In this document: one piece after another, positions 10,070 to 19,456 of the stretch
Layout of the letters: the number at the start of each line of letters is the position of its first letter
Position numbering within the stretch: the first letter of the stretch is position 1
Assembly (NCBI GenBank): GCA_963793265.1
Contig: CAWBZI010000001.1
Coordinates: 1,056,001 to 1,120,000, forward strand
DNA length: 64,000 bases
Reading direction: 5' to 3'
DNA from: an uncultured cyanobacterium
Lineage (GTDB): Bacteria; Cyanobacteriota; Cyanobacteriia; Phormidesmidales; Phormidesmidaceae
Notes under the pieces: model-generated
Seen by the model: the letters and a program-made list of their open reading frames with translations, nothing else
What the model was told of the DNA's origin: nothing
Databases searched by the model: none
Translations under genes and position numbers: made by a program

Positions 10070-10681
10070 ATGAGTCCGCTTAAATCCCTCACCGCGATCA
10101 CGCTAGGAACCCTGATTGCAAGCTTCACTGCTGCAGGACTAACCCGATCGGCCGCGATCGCCCAGGCCACCTATCCACTACTCTCCATCGGCAGCACCGG
10201 AGAAGCCGTCAGCCAACTGCAGGCAACGCTCAAGCTCTTGGGCTTTTACCAAGACGGTGTAGATGGCACCTACAGCCAGTCAACGCTAGAGGCAGTGGCC
10301 CAGTTTCAAGTTGCCGCAGGTATTTCTGCTGACGGCATCACTGGCCCTTCTACCTGGCAAAAGCTCCTGCCTGAGCCTGAGTCTATTAGCGCGATCGCAG
10401 CCCCTGCCGTTCAGCCAGCCCCAGCGGTAGAACCCGTTGCTGCTAGCAATCCAGAGCCGCTAGGCCCGCCTGTCTTGCGCATAGAAGCCGCAGGCCCTGC
10501 TGTCTCTCAGCTACAGAAAGAATTGCAAGAGCTAGGCTATTACGACGGCCCCATTGATGGCGGCTTTGGTGAGGCAACTCAGGCGGCTGTAGAGCAGTTT
10601 CAAACCGACCAGCAGCTCTTTGTTGATGGTGTTGTTGGCGAGTCAACTTGGGATGCCCTGTCGCAACAGCTTGATCGATAG
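10070..10681 (+). CDS. Secreted protein with two peptidoglycan-binding (PG_binding_1) domains
   Basis: Signal peptide, two copies of G.AVSQLQ..L..LG.Y...DG.....T..AV.QFQ......DG..G.STW; ATG 10070 preferred over 10007. Confidence 0.9.
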   Translation: MSPLKSLTAITLGTLIASFTAAGLTRSAAIAQATYPLLSIGSTGEAVSQLQATLKLLGFYQDGVDGTYSQSTLEAVAQFQVAAGISADGITGPSTWQKLLPEPESISAIAAPAVQPAPAVEPVAASNPEPLGPPVLRIEAAGPAVSQLQKELQELGYYDGPIDGGFGEATQAAVEQFQTDQQLFVDGVVGESTWDALSQQLDR

Positions 10682-10710
10682 AGAACTAATTAATAGCGTT
10701 CAAACTAAAG

Positions 10711-10744
10711 GAAGCGGGCCGATCCATCAAAATCAGCCCGCTTC
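10711..10744. terminator. Hairpin between convergent genes
   Basis: GAAGCGGGCCGAT...ATCAGCCCGCTTC inverted repeat. Confidence 0.65.
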
Positions 10745-10768
10745 TCGTCTTAGATTTAGTCGAATGCT

Positions 10769-11020
10769 CTAGTCGAACCAAACGGGAAACTCACTCTCTA
10801 GCATGGCCGAGTCATAGCTATCGAAAGCAGAGCCTGCTTGCGTCATAAAGTTTAGATAGTCGCTCATCAGAAAGTAAACACCCACCATAGCAGCGGCAGA
10901 AGAGGCGACTAAAAAGCCTGCTAGCATCAGTGAAAATTCCTGATTTTCTACGGCCCTATCCATCAGGCGCAATGCCCAAAAGACCAAACCTATTACAATC
11001 GTCAAAATCAGAAAAATCAT
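10769..11020 (-). CDS. Small two-TM hypothetical protein
   Basis: 83-aa ORF with two hydrophobic helices separated by QEFSLMLAG; fills an intergenic gap. Confidence 0.7.
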   Translation of the reverse strand: MIFLILTIVIGLVFWALRLMDRAVENQEFSLMLAGFLVASSAAAMVGVYFLMSDYLNFMTQAGSAFDSYDSAMLESEFPVWFD

Positions 11021-11296
11021 TCGGGCAGATGTACCTACGTTAGAAGAAGTGGGACTCGGGTTTTCTTAAAAATCCTTTACATAGCTTAACAGATACAGCA
11101 GGAATTGCCGATGAGCATATGTGCTCATTCACCACCAATTATTTTCTTTGTCAAGCCCCGATTAGCATAGATATATCTCAATTCTTGGCGTGGACTTACA
11201 AAGCCGCTGCCCAGCTTTGACTATGCCGCTTCACAACAATAGTGCTCACTCCAGCAAAGTCTACCTTTTATAATGTTTTGTAAACATTTACTGGAT

Positions 11297-12079
11297 CTAC
11301 TGGCGAACGATCACTTTTTGGTCATGCAGATATTTTTTAATCTCGCCAACGCTGAGCTGCCCGTAATGCAGCAGAGATGCTAGCAGGGCGGCTTCTGCCT
11401 TGCCTGCCGTTAGCGCCTGGTAAATGTGTTCGCAGTTGCCAGCGCCGCCAGAGGCAATCACCGGAACACTAACCTTGCTGGCGATCGCCTCCGTCAGCGT
11501 CAGGTCGTATCCAGCCTGAGTACCATCGGCGTCCATGCTCGTAATCAGCAGCTCGCCTGCCCCTCTAGCCACTACATCAGCGGCCCATTCCACCGCGTCT
11601 AGGCCCGTATTTTCCCTGCCGCCGCGCACAAACACATCCCAGCCCGGTTTAGCATCCGGGCTATCCGGGTTGACCTCACGCCTTCTCGCGTCGATGGCGA
11701 CCACAATACACTGCGCCCCAAAGCGATCGCTCGCCCGGTTAATCAAATCAGGATCGCGCACCGCCGCCGAATTAATACTAATTTTGTCAGCGCCTGCCCG
11801 TAAAAGCTTTTTAATCGTGTCTACCGAGCTAATGCCACCGCCCACCGTCAGCGGAATAAACACCTGCTCAGCGGTGCGGTACACCACGTCATAAATCACG
11901 CCGCGATCTTCGTGCGTCGCGGTGATATCTAAAAACACCAGTTCGTCAGCGCCTGCCTCGTTATAGACCTTGGCAAGCTCTACCGGATCGCCTGCGTCTT
12001 TGAGATCGACGAAATTTACGCCTTTGACCACGCGGCCCGCTTTAACATCAAGACAAGGGAGAATTCGTTTAGCAAGCAT
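11297..12079 (-). CDS. hisF: Imidazole glycerol phosphate synthase subunit HisF
   Basis: [46 protein letters not shown]. Confidence 0.98.
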   Translation of the reverse strand: MLAKRILPCLDVKAGRVVKGVNFVDLKDAGDPVELAKVYNEAGADELVFLDITATHEDRGVIYDVVYRTAEQVFIPLTVGGGISSVDTIKKLLRAGADKISINSAAVRDPDLINRASDRFGAQCIVVAIDARRREVNPDSPDAKPGWDVFVRGGRENTGLDAVEWAADVVARGAGELLITSMDADGTQAGYDLTLTEAIASKVSVPVIASGGAGNCEHIYQALTAGKAEAALLASLLHYGQLSVGEIKKYLHDQKVIVRQ

Positions 12080-12206
12080 TTTTACCTAAATTTTGAATCC
12101 AGTTATAAAAAGGGAGCGGGGGGAACGCCGAGGCGCTGATAAACTTAATGTTGGCTAAATAACTGGCCGAGAGTAGGACATTTCAGTAAGGATACATTTT
12201 TTAAAC

Positions 12207-12410
12207 ATGGATTTGGAAATTGGGCAACGGGTTCAGGTTCGTCGAATGCGCGATCGCGTGGCCAAGTCACTCGCCGCTCGCCTGGGCAAAACCGGAACCG
12301 TCAAGGACTTTAAAGTACTCGACGGTCAAAATATTGGCGTACTCATCGCGTTTGAAGCTGACGACTATACCACCTGGTTTTTTGAAGACGAGCTTCGAGC
12401 GGTTGAGTAG
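12207..12410 (+). CDS. petP: Cytochrome b6f subunit PetP (DUF2862)
   Basis: EIGQRVQVRRMRDRV...TWFFEDEL SH3-like protein, in its usual position before the ArsA-like gene and chlG. Confidence 0.88.
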   Translation: MDLEIGQRVQVRRMRDRVAKSLAARLGKTGTVKDFKVLDGQNIGVLIAFEADDYTTWFFEDELRAVE

Positions 12411-12469
12411 CACTCTTTGAACAGAGCCCTCGCAAATCCGACAGACAACACACTCACAAATACATCACT

Positions 12470-13597
12470 ATGACGCTGATTCTGACGTTCCTGGGTAAAG
12501 GCGGTACGGGCCGATCTACGGTGGCGATTGCCGCAGCCCAAAAGCTATCAGCCGAAGGCAAGCGCGTGCTGCTCGTGTCACAGCAGGCCGGGCCTGCGCT
12601 CTCAATGCTGCTCGGCGCAAAAGTGGGCGCAGAAGCTGGCCCCGTGACAGTATCGGGCTCAAGCTTCCAGGTCGTGCAGCTCCAGACTACCGCGCTAGTA
12701 GATGACAACTGGGAGAAGCTCAAAAGCTTTGAGGCGCAGTACCTCAGAGATCCTTTTTTCAAGGCGGTGTACGGCCAGGAGCTGAGCGTAGTGCCGGGGA
12801 TGGATGACTTTTTAGCGCTCAATGCGATTCGCGAGTATACCGAAAGCAATCAGTACGATGTGATTGTGCACGATGGCACAGACGGCCAGGCAATCTTGAG
12901 GATGTGGGGCGCAATTGGTGGCATTGACTGGTACTTCCGCCGCTTCAAAAAGGTCTTTCAAGACTCTCAGTTTTACCGCTCTATCTCGCCTTTTATCGCC
13001 CCGATCACGGGCGCGATTTTGAGCAGCGGCATGTCAGGTGATATTTGGAATCAGCCAGCGACGCAGAGTGTGGAAGGCATGGTAGCTAAAGGTAAAGCGA
13101 TGGTGCGCGATGCGACGCAGCTTCGGGCCTATGTGGTGACAACTGACGATGAGATTGCGATCGCCCAGGGCAAATATCTTTGGAGCGCGGCTCAGCAAAT
13201 CGGCCTCACGGTAGCAGGTACTTTGGTCAATTCACCTTATGCAGGCGCAGACAGCCAGGCTGAGTCTGCAACTACGGCCTTTTTACCCATTCCCGTCTCA
13301 ACACTGCCCTACAGCTCGGGCGAAGGAAAATGGCAAACTATAGCCTCAGCGCTTCCAGCCCTAACCGAATCCGTGAGCGTTCCAAACGCTATGAGTGTAG
13401 ACACCAGCGCCAGCACCGTTAAACTATTTCTACCCGGCTTTGATAAAACCCAGGTCAAGCTCACGCAGTACGGCCCAGAAGTGACTGTGCAAGCAGGCGA
13501 TCAGCGGCATAATTTATCTTTGCCCCCTGCGCTTAATGGGCGATCGGTCACAGGCGCAAAGTTTCAAGACGGCTATTTGATTGTTTCTTTCGGTTAA
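12470..13597 (+). CDS. ArsA/Get3-family ATPase with C-terminal alpha-crystallin-like domain (Get3d type)
   Basis: GKGGTGRST deviant P-loop; C-terminal LFLPGFDKTQVKLTQYGPE...AKFQDGYLIVSF. Confidence 0.88.
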   Translation: MTLILTFLGKGGTGRSTVAIAAAQKLSAEGKRVLLVSQQAGPALSMLLGAKVGAEAGPVTVSGSSFQVVQLQTTALVDDNWEKLKSFEAQYLRDPFFKAVYGQELSVVPGMDDFLALNAIREYTESNQYDVIVHDGTDGQAILRMWGAIGGIDWYFRRFKKVFQDSQFYRSISPFIAPITGAILSSGMSGDIWNQPATQSVEGMVAKGKAMVRDATQLRAYVVTTDDEIAIAQGKYLWSAAQQIGLTVAGTLVNSPYAGADSQAESATTAFLPIPVSTLPYSSGEGKWQTIASALPALTESVSVPNAMSVDTSASTVKLFLPGFDKTQVKLTQYGPEVTVQAGDQRHNLSLPPALNGRSVTGAKFQDGYLIVSFG

Positions 13598-13627
13598 TTC
13601 AGTTAGCAAAAAACAGAGGGATTTTAT

Positions 13628-14644
13628 ATGGCTGAAGAAAAGCTGTCAGAACCGATATCAGTAGAAGAAGCCGCAGCCGTAGCCAAAGCAGGTAGCGGCA
13701 AAGCGCGGCAAATGCTTGGCATGAAAGGTGCCCAGGCTGGTGAAACGTCCATCTGGAAAATTCGCCTCCAGCTCATGAAGGCAATTACCTGGATTCCGTT
13801 AATTTGGGGCGTTGTCTGCGGCGCGGCCTCATCAGGCAAGTTCACTTGGTCAGTTGAAAACGTGCTGATTTCAGCCGCCTGTATGCTGATGTCTGGCCCG
13901 CTGCTTACCGGCTACACCCAAACGATCAACGACTACTACGACCGCGATCTTGACGCCATCAACGAGCCCAATCGTCCGATTCCCTCGGGCGCGATTTCAT
14001 TAGGCCAGGTGCGCGTGCAAATTTGGGTGCTGCTGCTCAGTGGTTTAGCCGTGTCCTACGCATTGGACATATGGGCAGGTCACGAATTCCCAACATTATT
14101 CGCCCTAGCTGTGGGCGGATCTTTCATCTCTTATATATACTCAGCCCCGCCGCTGAAGCTGAAGCAAAACGGCTGGGCTGGCAACTATGCTCTAGGCGCT
14201 AGCTACATCGCCTTACCTTGGTGGGCCGGTCATGCACTGTTTGGTGAGCTGAACTGGACGGTGGTGATTTTGACGCTGATCTACAGCATGGCAGGGTTAG
14301 GGATTGCGGTAGTCAATGACTTTAAGGCGGTAGAGGGCGATCGCCAGCTCGGGCTTAATTCACTCCCGGTTATGTTTGGCGTTCAAACTGCCGCCTGGAT
14401 TTGTGTGCTGATGATCGATATCTTTCAGGGGGGCATGGCCGCGTATTTGATTGCTATTCACAAGAATCTGTACGCAGTGCTGCTGATTTTGCTGATTATT
14501 CCGCAAATTACATTTCAAGATATGTACTTTCTCCGGGATCCGCTCGAAAACGATGTCAAGTATCAGGCCAGTGCTCAACCCTTTTTGGTGTTAGGGATGC
14601 TGGTCACGGCACTAGCGTTAGGTCACAGCGCTTTAGTAAGCTAG
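13628..14644 (+). CDS. chlG: Chlorophyll synthase
   Basis: WKIRLQLMK, NDYYDRDLDAINEPNRPIPSG, NDFKAVEGD, NDVKYQASAQPF. Confidence 0.98.
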   Translation: MAEEKLSEPISVEEAAAVAKAGSGKARQMLGMKGAQAGETSIWKIRLQLMKAITWIPLIWGVVCGAASSGKFTWSVENVLISAACMLMSGPLLTGYTQTINDYYDRDLDAINEPNRPIPSGAISLGQVRVQIWVLLLSGLAVSYALDIWAGHEFPTLFALAVGGSFISYIYSAPPLKLKQNGWAGNYALGASYIALPWWAGHALFGELNWTVVILTLIYSMAGLGIAVVNDFKAVEGDRQLGLNSLPVMFGVQTAAWICVLMIDIFQGGMAAYLIAIHKNLYAVLLILLIIPQITFQDMYFLRDPLENDVKYQASAQPFLVLGMLVTALALGHSALVS

Positions 14645-14850
14645 TGATCTAGTTGAGCTATATATTGTTGAGTGGTCAGTTAAGGAAGCGAATCTTGGGG
14701 CGATCGCCCAGCTAGCCAATCGTGGTAGCATCTACGCGCCGTGCCTTGCAGAACATACTGCTTTCTTGGGACTTCTTTGATTTCTGTAAGGCGTGCGGCA
14801 ATATATCAGTTTTATTTAATGACGGCCTACCGTCTGGAGAATCTTTTTAA

Positions 14851-17310
14851 GTGGCCAATCTCTTTTCACAGCTAAAGCAATGGTCTGATCGAAAGCTAGG
14901 CTCATCGCCCCGGCGTTCGTCTAGAACGGTGCGACAGCGCAAAATGGCTGTTAGAACGGGCAATACAGAGATCCCTACGACGCAGATTCAAACAGACGCA
15001 CCGCCCGCCATTCCTCAAAAACGCTTGGGACGAAGATCGCCCCAGAGAAGCCATCAGGGCGTCGGTCAAGAAATTGGGATTAAACCGCCTTACAAGCGAC
15101 CTGTGTTCTGGATTTTGCTGCTGCTAGGCGCAGGTGTAGCAGCCCCAGTTACTCAGTTCTACAGAATTTCAAGCGAGCTAGAAGAGACGGTTCCCGATGT
15201 CACCAAGGCGCTGACCTACGATCGCAACGGCACCATTACCCTCAAAGACGACAGCGGCAAAGTTTTACAGAAGGTAGGCCCCACTGCGCAAGAGAGCCTG
15301 ACATTTGACGAGATTCCCGAGGTCGTCTCTCAAGCCTTCATCGCCGCCGAAGACCGCCGGTTCTATGAGCACAGCGGCGTAGACTATCGATCCATCGCTA
15401 GAGCGAGCGTCGCTAACCTCACCAGTGGCGGCGTGGTAGAAGGGGCAAGTACTATCACGCAGCAGCTTGCTCGCCTGACTTTTCTTAATCAAGACCGCAG
15501 CTTTCAGCGCAAGTTCAAAGAAGCCATTCTTGCCCGGCGGCTAGAGAAAGATCTGGGCAAAGAGAAAGTGCTAGAGCGCTATTTGAACCTGGTGTATTTG
15601 GGCGCAGGTGCCTATGGTGTAGCAGATGCCGCCTGGATTTACTTTGGGAAAACCGTTGATGACCTGAGCGTGGCAGACGTAGCGCTGATTGCAGGAATGG
15701 CACCAGCTCCTAGCGTATATTCGCCCCTAGTCGATCCTGAGGCGGCTCGCAAGCAGCGCGATAAGGTCATTAGCCGAATGGAGGTAAACGGCGTTATCAC
15801 TACCGCCGAAGCAAACGAAGCATACAAGCAAGATGTCGCGCTAGAGCCCAAAGACCCCAAGTATCTCTACAGTGAGTTTCCCTATTTCACTATCTACATC
15901 AAAAAACAGCTATCTGAGCTACTTTCGCCCGAAGAAATTGAAGCGGGTGGCTTAGTTGTAGAGACTTCGCTAAATACTAAGTGGCAAAAGGCGGCTGAGA
16001 AAACAGTCGAAGAAGTCGTAGCAGACTACAGCGATTGGCAGGGCTTTGAGCAGGCATCGCTAGTGGCGATTGACCCGAAAACAGGCGAAATCAAAGCGAT
16101 GGTGGGCGGCACCGACTTTGACGGCAGTCAGTTCAACCGGGTGACCCAGGCGCAAAGACAGCCAGGTTCTACGTTCAAAGCCTTTGTGTATGCGACTGCG
16201 ATCGCCACTGGCATGTCTCCTTACAAGGGCTACACCGACGCGCGCTACGTTGTTGACGGCTACGAGCCTAAAAACTACGGCGGTGGCTACAGCGGCAACG
16301 TCGATTTGCGCAGAGCCCTTTCTAGCTCCATCAATATCGTCGCCGTGAAGCTCCTGGTCGATGTCGGATTTGATCCGGTCATCGCCATGGCTCACCGCAT
16401 GGGCATAGATTCTAAACTGCTACCGGCATATTCACTCGCACTCGGCTCTTCAGAAGTCAATCTGCTGGAACTCACCAGCGCCTACGGTGCGTTTGCCGCT
16501 GAAGGTAAGCACGTGGCTCCTCATGGCATTACACGCATTACGAACGCAGCGGGCGATGTGGTATACGAGTTTGATGAAAAGCCCAAGCAGGCAATAGATG
16601 CTGATACCGCTGCAATTATGACCTGGATGCTAGAAGGCGTTGTTCAGGGCGGCTCAGGTGCGAACGCGGCCATTCCCGGACGGCAAGTCGCCGGTAAAAC
16701 AGGTACCTCTGAGAAAAACAGGGATCTTTGGTTTATTGGCTACACGCCGCAGCTTGTTGCAGGCGTGTGGATGGGCAACGACGACAGTACCCCAACCGGA
16801 GGCGCTAGCCGTACCGCAGCGCTCACCTGGTACAAATTTGTCGATCAGTTTATTGACGATTTGCCTGAAGAGTCGTTTCCTGACTTACCTGAACTAGGCG
16901 GGCGCGAAGGCACCCTGGCTGCCAAGCCGGTTTCGCCAGGCAGGGTCATTGCCGAACAGCCGGGCCAAAGACGTGAGGAAGAAAGGGGCGATCGCAGAGC
17001 AGCTCGTCGCGCAGAACCCGTTTACGAACCAGAGCCCTATTACGAACCAGAGCCTTACTACGAACCAGAACCCGTTTACGAACCAGAGCCCTATTACGAA
17101 CCAGAGCCAGCAGCCAGCAGTGGCGGTGACGAATACTTCGAGCCCGCACCTGCGCCCGCGCCCGCGCCCGCCTACGAGCCGCCAGTATACGAGCCACCTG
17201 CACCAGCCGCCGTCTACGAACCGCCACCGCCGCCACCCGCGCCAGTATACGAGCCACCGCCGCCAGCACCAGAGCTATCACCACCTCGACCTAGCGTTTT
17301 GGATAATTAG
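14851..17310 (+). CDS. Class A penicillin-binding protein (PBP1A family)
   Basis: Transglycosylase EDRRFYEH and GASTITQQL; transpeptidase STFK, SIN and KTG motifs; Pro/Glu/Tyr-rich tail. Confidence 0.95.
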   Translation: MANLFSQLKQWSDRKLGSSPRRSSRTVRQRKMAVRTGNTEIPTTQIQTDAPPAIPQKRLGRRSPQRSHQGVGQEIGIKPPYKRPVFWILLLLGAGVAAPVTQFYRISSELEETVPDVTKALTYDRNGTITLKDDSGKVLQKVGPTAQESLTFDEIPEVVSQAFIAAEDRRFYEHSGVDYRSIARASVANLTSGGVVEGASTITQQLARLTFLNQDRSFQRKFKEAILARRLEKDLGKEKVLERYLNLVYLGAGAYGVADAAWIYFGKTVDDLSVADVALIAGMAPAPSVYSPLVDPEAARKQRDKVISRMEVNGVITTAEANEAYKQDVALEPKDPKYLYSEFPYFTIYIKKQLSELLSPEEIEAGGLVVETSLNTKWQKAAEKTVEEVVADYSDWQGFEQASLVAIDPKTGEIKAMVGGTDFDGSQFNRVTQAQRQPGSTFKAFVYATAIATGMSPYKGYTDARYVVDGYEPKNYGGGYSGNVDLRRALSSSINIVAVKLLVDVGFDPVIAMAHRMGIDSKLLPAYSLALGSSEVNLLELTSAYGAFAAEGKHVAPHGITRITNAAGDVVYEFDEKPKQAIDADTAAIMTWMLEGVVQGGSGANAAIPGRQVAGKTGTSEKNRDLWFIGYTPQLVAGVWMGNDDSTPTGGASRTAALTWYKFVDQFIDDLPEESFPDLPELGGREGTLAAKPVSPGRVIAEQPGQRREEERGDRRAARRAEPVYEPEPYYEPEPYYEPEPVYEPEPYYEPEPAASSGGDEYFEPAPAPAPAPAYEPPVYEPPAPAAVYEPPPPPPAPVYEPPPPAPELSPPRPSVLDN
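17014..17290 (+). repeat. Coding 18-bp tandem repeats (EPEPYY/EPEPVY) followed by Pro-rich repeats
   Basis: GAACCAGAGCCCTATTAC-type units about five times, then YEPP(P)n units. Confidence 0.9.
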
Positions 17311-17357
17311 GCTTTAAGGGTTTAGCAGCTAGACAGTTAGATAAATAGGTAGAGGAG

Positions 17358-17390
17358 AGCCAGTGATTGAGTGCGATCGCTGGCTTTTTT
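17358..17390 (+). terminator. Rho-independent terminator after PBP1A
   Basis: AGCCAGTGATTG-AGTG-CGATCGCTGGCT followed by TTTTT; implies the mrdA start lies downstream of the ORF-track start. Confidence 0.75.
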
Positions 17391-17549
17391 GTAGCTTGGC
17401 TTCTTCACCATCCAACCTTTATACAATCTGGCCCTCATCCGCTCAAATCGACGATGCCAAGCGCTAGACTTGTACACAGCTTTTTGTACACAGCCCAGAA
17501 CACAAGGTTAAAAAGCTTCCTAATTCTCTTCTCAACTGCCCAGATCACC

Positions 17550-19382
17550 ATGTCTTTTTCTCAACGCGTCCCTAGCTTCAGCGAAAAGAAAGGAGGCCGC
17601 ACCGTTGGCCGCCAGTATCAGTCAGTCGTGATCATGCTGCTGCTGAGCCTGGTGATGGTAGGCGGCATTGGCAGTCGGCTGGCCTACCTACAGCTTGTTC
17701 AAGGCGAGCGCAATCGCGAACTTGCAGAAGACAACCGAATTCTACTCTTACCTCGGCGTCCGGCAAGAGGCACCATATTCGATCGAAACGGCGAAATTCT
17801 CGTCGGATCTCGGCTCTCTCACTCCGTCTCTATTTGGCCTATTGCGTTGCCCAAAGATGAAGCTGAGCGCGAACAGGTCATTGCCCGCCTGGCCCAAATT
17901 TTAGACGTTCCTACAGAAGAAATTAACGATCGCCTGGCTCAAAGCAGCTACAACCTCAACAAATCCGTCCCTATCTCCAGAGGCGTCAGCTCCGCGCAAA
18001 CCACAGCGCTAGCTGAATATGACCACGAGCTACCCGGCGTTCGCGTAGAGGCAGAAGCCGTACGGAACTATCCCCGTGGCGACTTAGCTGCTCACGTTCT
18101 AGGCTATACCGGCGAACTCAATGATGTCGAACTCGAAGAACTCAAAGATCAGGACTACCGGCTCGGTGATGTTATTGGCAAAATGGGCCTAGAGATGGCG
18201 CTGGAGCCGACCCTGAGAGGTCAGTGGGGCGGGCAGCAGGTAGAAGTAGACAGTAGTGGTAGGGTGCTGAGCGTCATTGGTGAAAAGCCTTCTATCTCAG
18301 GGCAGGACGTTCAGATTACGCTGGATTTGGAGCTGCAAAAGGCAGCCGAAAAGGCACTGGATGAGAAGGGTGACAAGCTAGGCGCAATTGTGGCGATCGA
18401 TCCGCGAGACGGGGCGGTTAGAGCCATGGTCAGCAGGCCCACCTTCGATCCTAATATTTTCTCAACTCGAATTACCCAGGCCCAGTGGGAGCAGATTACA
18501 AAAAACGGCTATCCGTTAGTGAACCGGGCGATGCAGGCATACGCACCAGCGAGCACCTTCAAGGTGATTACCGCGACCGCAGGAATGGAGTCAGGCAAGT
18601 TTAGTCCAGAAACGGTGCTGCCTACTTACGCCTTCTTAAATTTTGGCGGCATTCAGTTTTGGGACTGGAACAATGCAGGTTTTGGGCCTCTAGGATTTAG
18701 GGGCGCAATGGCAATGAGTAGCGACACCTTCTTTTACCAGATTGGGCGGGGTGTTGGCGAAAAGAGCTTACAGGAATGGATGCATAAGTATGGGCTGGGC
18801 TCAAGAACAGGAATAGAACTAGGATTTGAAGAGGCAAAGGGGCTGGTGCCCGATGAAGAATGGAAGCTTAGAGAGCTAGATGAGCCCTGGTATTTGGGCG
18901 ATACGATTAACGCTTCGATTGGCCAAGGAAACGTGCTTGCAACGCCTCTGCAAATTGCGGTGATGTTCGCAATCGTGGCGAATGGTGGCGATCATGTGAC
19001 CCCCCATTTTGTTGTAGATGACAGTAAGACTTGGCGCAGATCGATAGGGATGAAGCCTAGCACCATTAAAGTATTGCAAGAGAGCTTGCGTCAGGTCGTC
19101 ACCAACGGTACTGGTGGCGCGGTTAACGATCCTAAGCTGCCGCCGATTGCAGGTAAGAGTGGAACAGCCGAAGCCCCGCCAAGAGAGAACCATACGTGGT
19201 TCGGAGCCTACGGCCCGTACGAAGATCCTGAAATTGTGGTGGTGGCCTTTGGTGAGCACACGGGTGGCGGTGGCGGTTCTTTTGCTGCGCCAATGGTGAA
19301 GCAGGTGTTAGATCAGTACTTTGGGGTTAAAGAAGACGAGAGTGAGGAGCCCACTGTCGATCCGGCCCTTGGGACGCAGTGA
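17550..19382 (+). CDS. mrdA: Penicillin-binding protein 2
   Basis: LAYLQL..G......AEDNR, PARGTIFDRNG, STFK, SSD and KSG motifs; ATG 17550 preferred. Confidence 0.93.
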   Translation: MSFSQRVPSFSEKKGGRTVGRQYQSVVIMLLLSLVMVGGIGSRLAYLQLVQGERNRELAEDNRILLLPRRPARGTIFDRNGEILVGSRLSHSVSIWPIALPKDEAEREQVIARLAQILDVPTEEINDRLAQSSYNLNKSVPISRGVSSAQTTALAEYDHELPGVRVEAEAVRNYPRGDLAAHVLGYTGELNDVELEELKDQDYRLGDVIGKMGLEMALEPTLRGQWGGQQVEVDSSGRVLSVIGEKPSISGQDVQITLDLELQKAAEKALDEKGDKLGAIVAIDPRDGAVRAMVSRPTFDPNIFSTRITQAQWEQITKNGYPLVNRAMQAYAPASTFKVITATAGMESGKFSPETVLPTYAFLNFGGIQFWDWNNAGFGPLGFRGAMAMSSDTFFYQIGRGVGEKSLQEWMHKYGLGSRTGIELGFEEAKGLVPDEEWKLRELDEPWYLGDTINASIGQGNVLATPLQIAVMFAIVANGGDHVTPHFVVDDSKTWRRSIGMKPSTIKVLQESLRQVVTNGTGGAVNDPKLPPIAGKSGTAEAPPRENHTWFGAYGPYEDPEIVVVAFGEHTGGGGGSFAAPMVKQVLDQYFGVKEDESEEPTVDPALGTQ

Positions 19383-19456
19383 TAGGTCTTTTGAAATACT
19401 TTTCTGATTGGCTTTAGGATGGCGGCTATCATAGGGATGGAATTACATTTCTTAAT

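Noticed and set aside
17014..17110. Regularly spaced repeats as a possible CRISPR array
   Set aside because: Contiguous 18-bp in-frame coding repeats with no unique spacers and no cas genes
17367..17549. N-terminal extension of mrdA given by the ORF track
   Set aside because: It begins inside the PBP1A terminator hairpin; ATG 17550 gives a typical N-terminus
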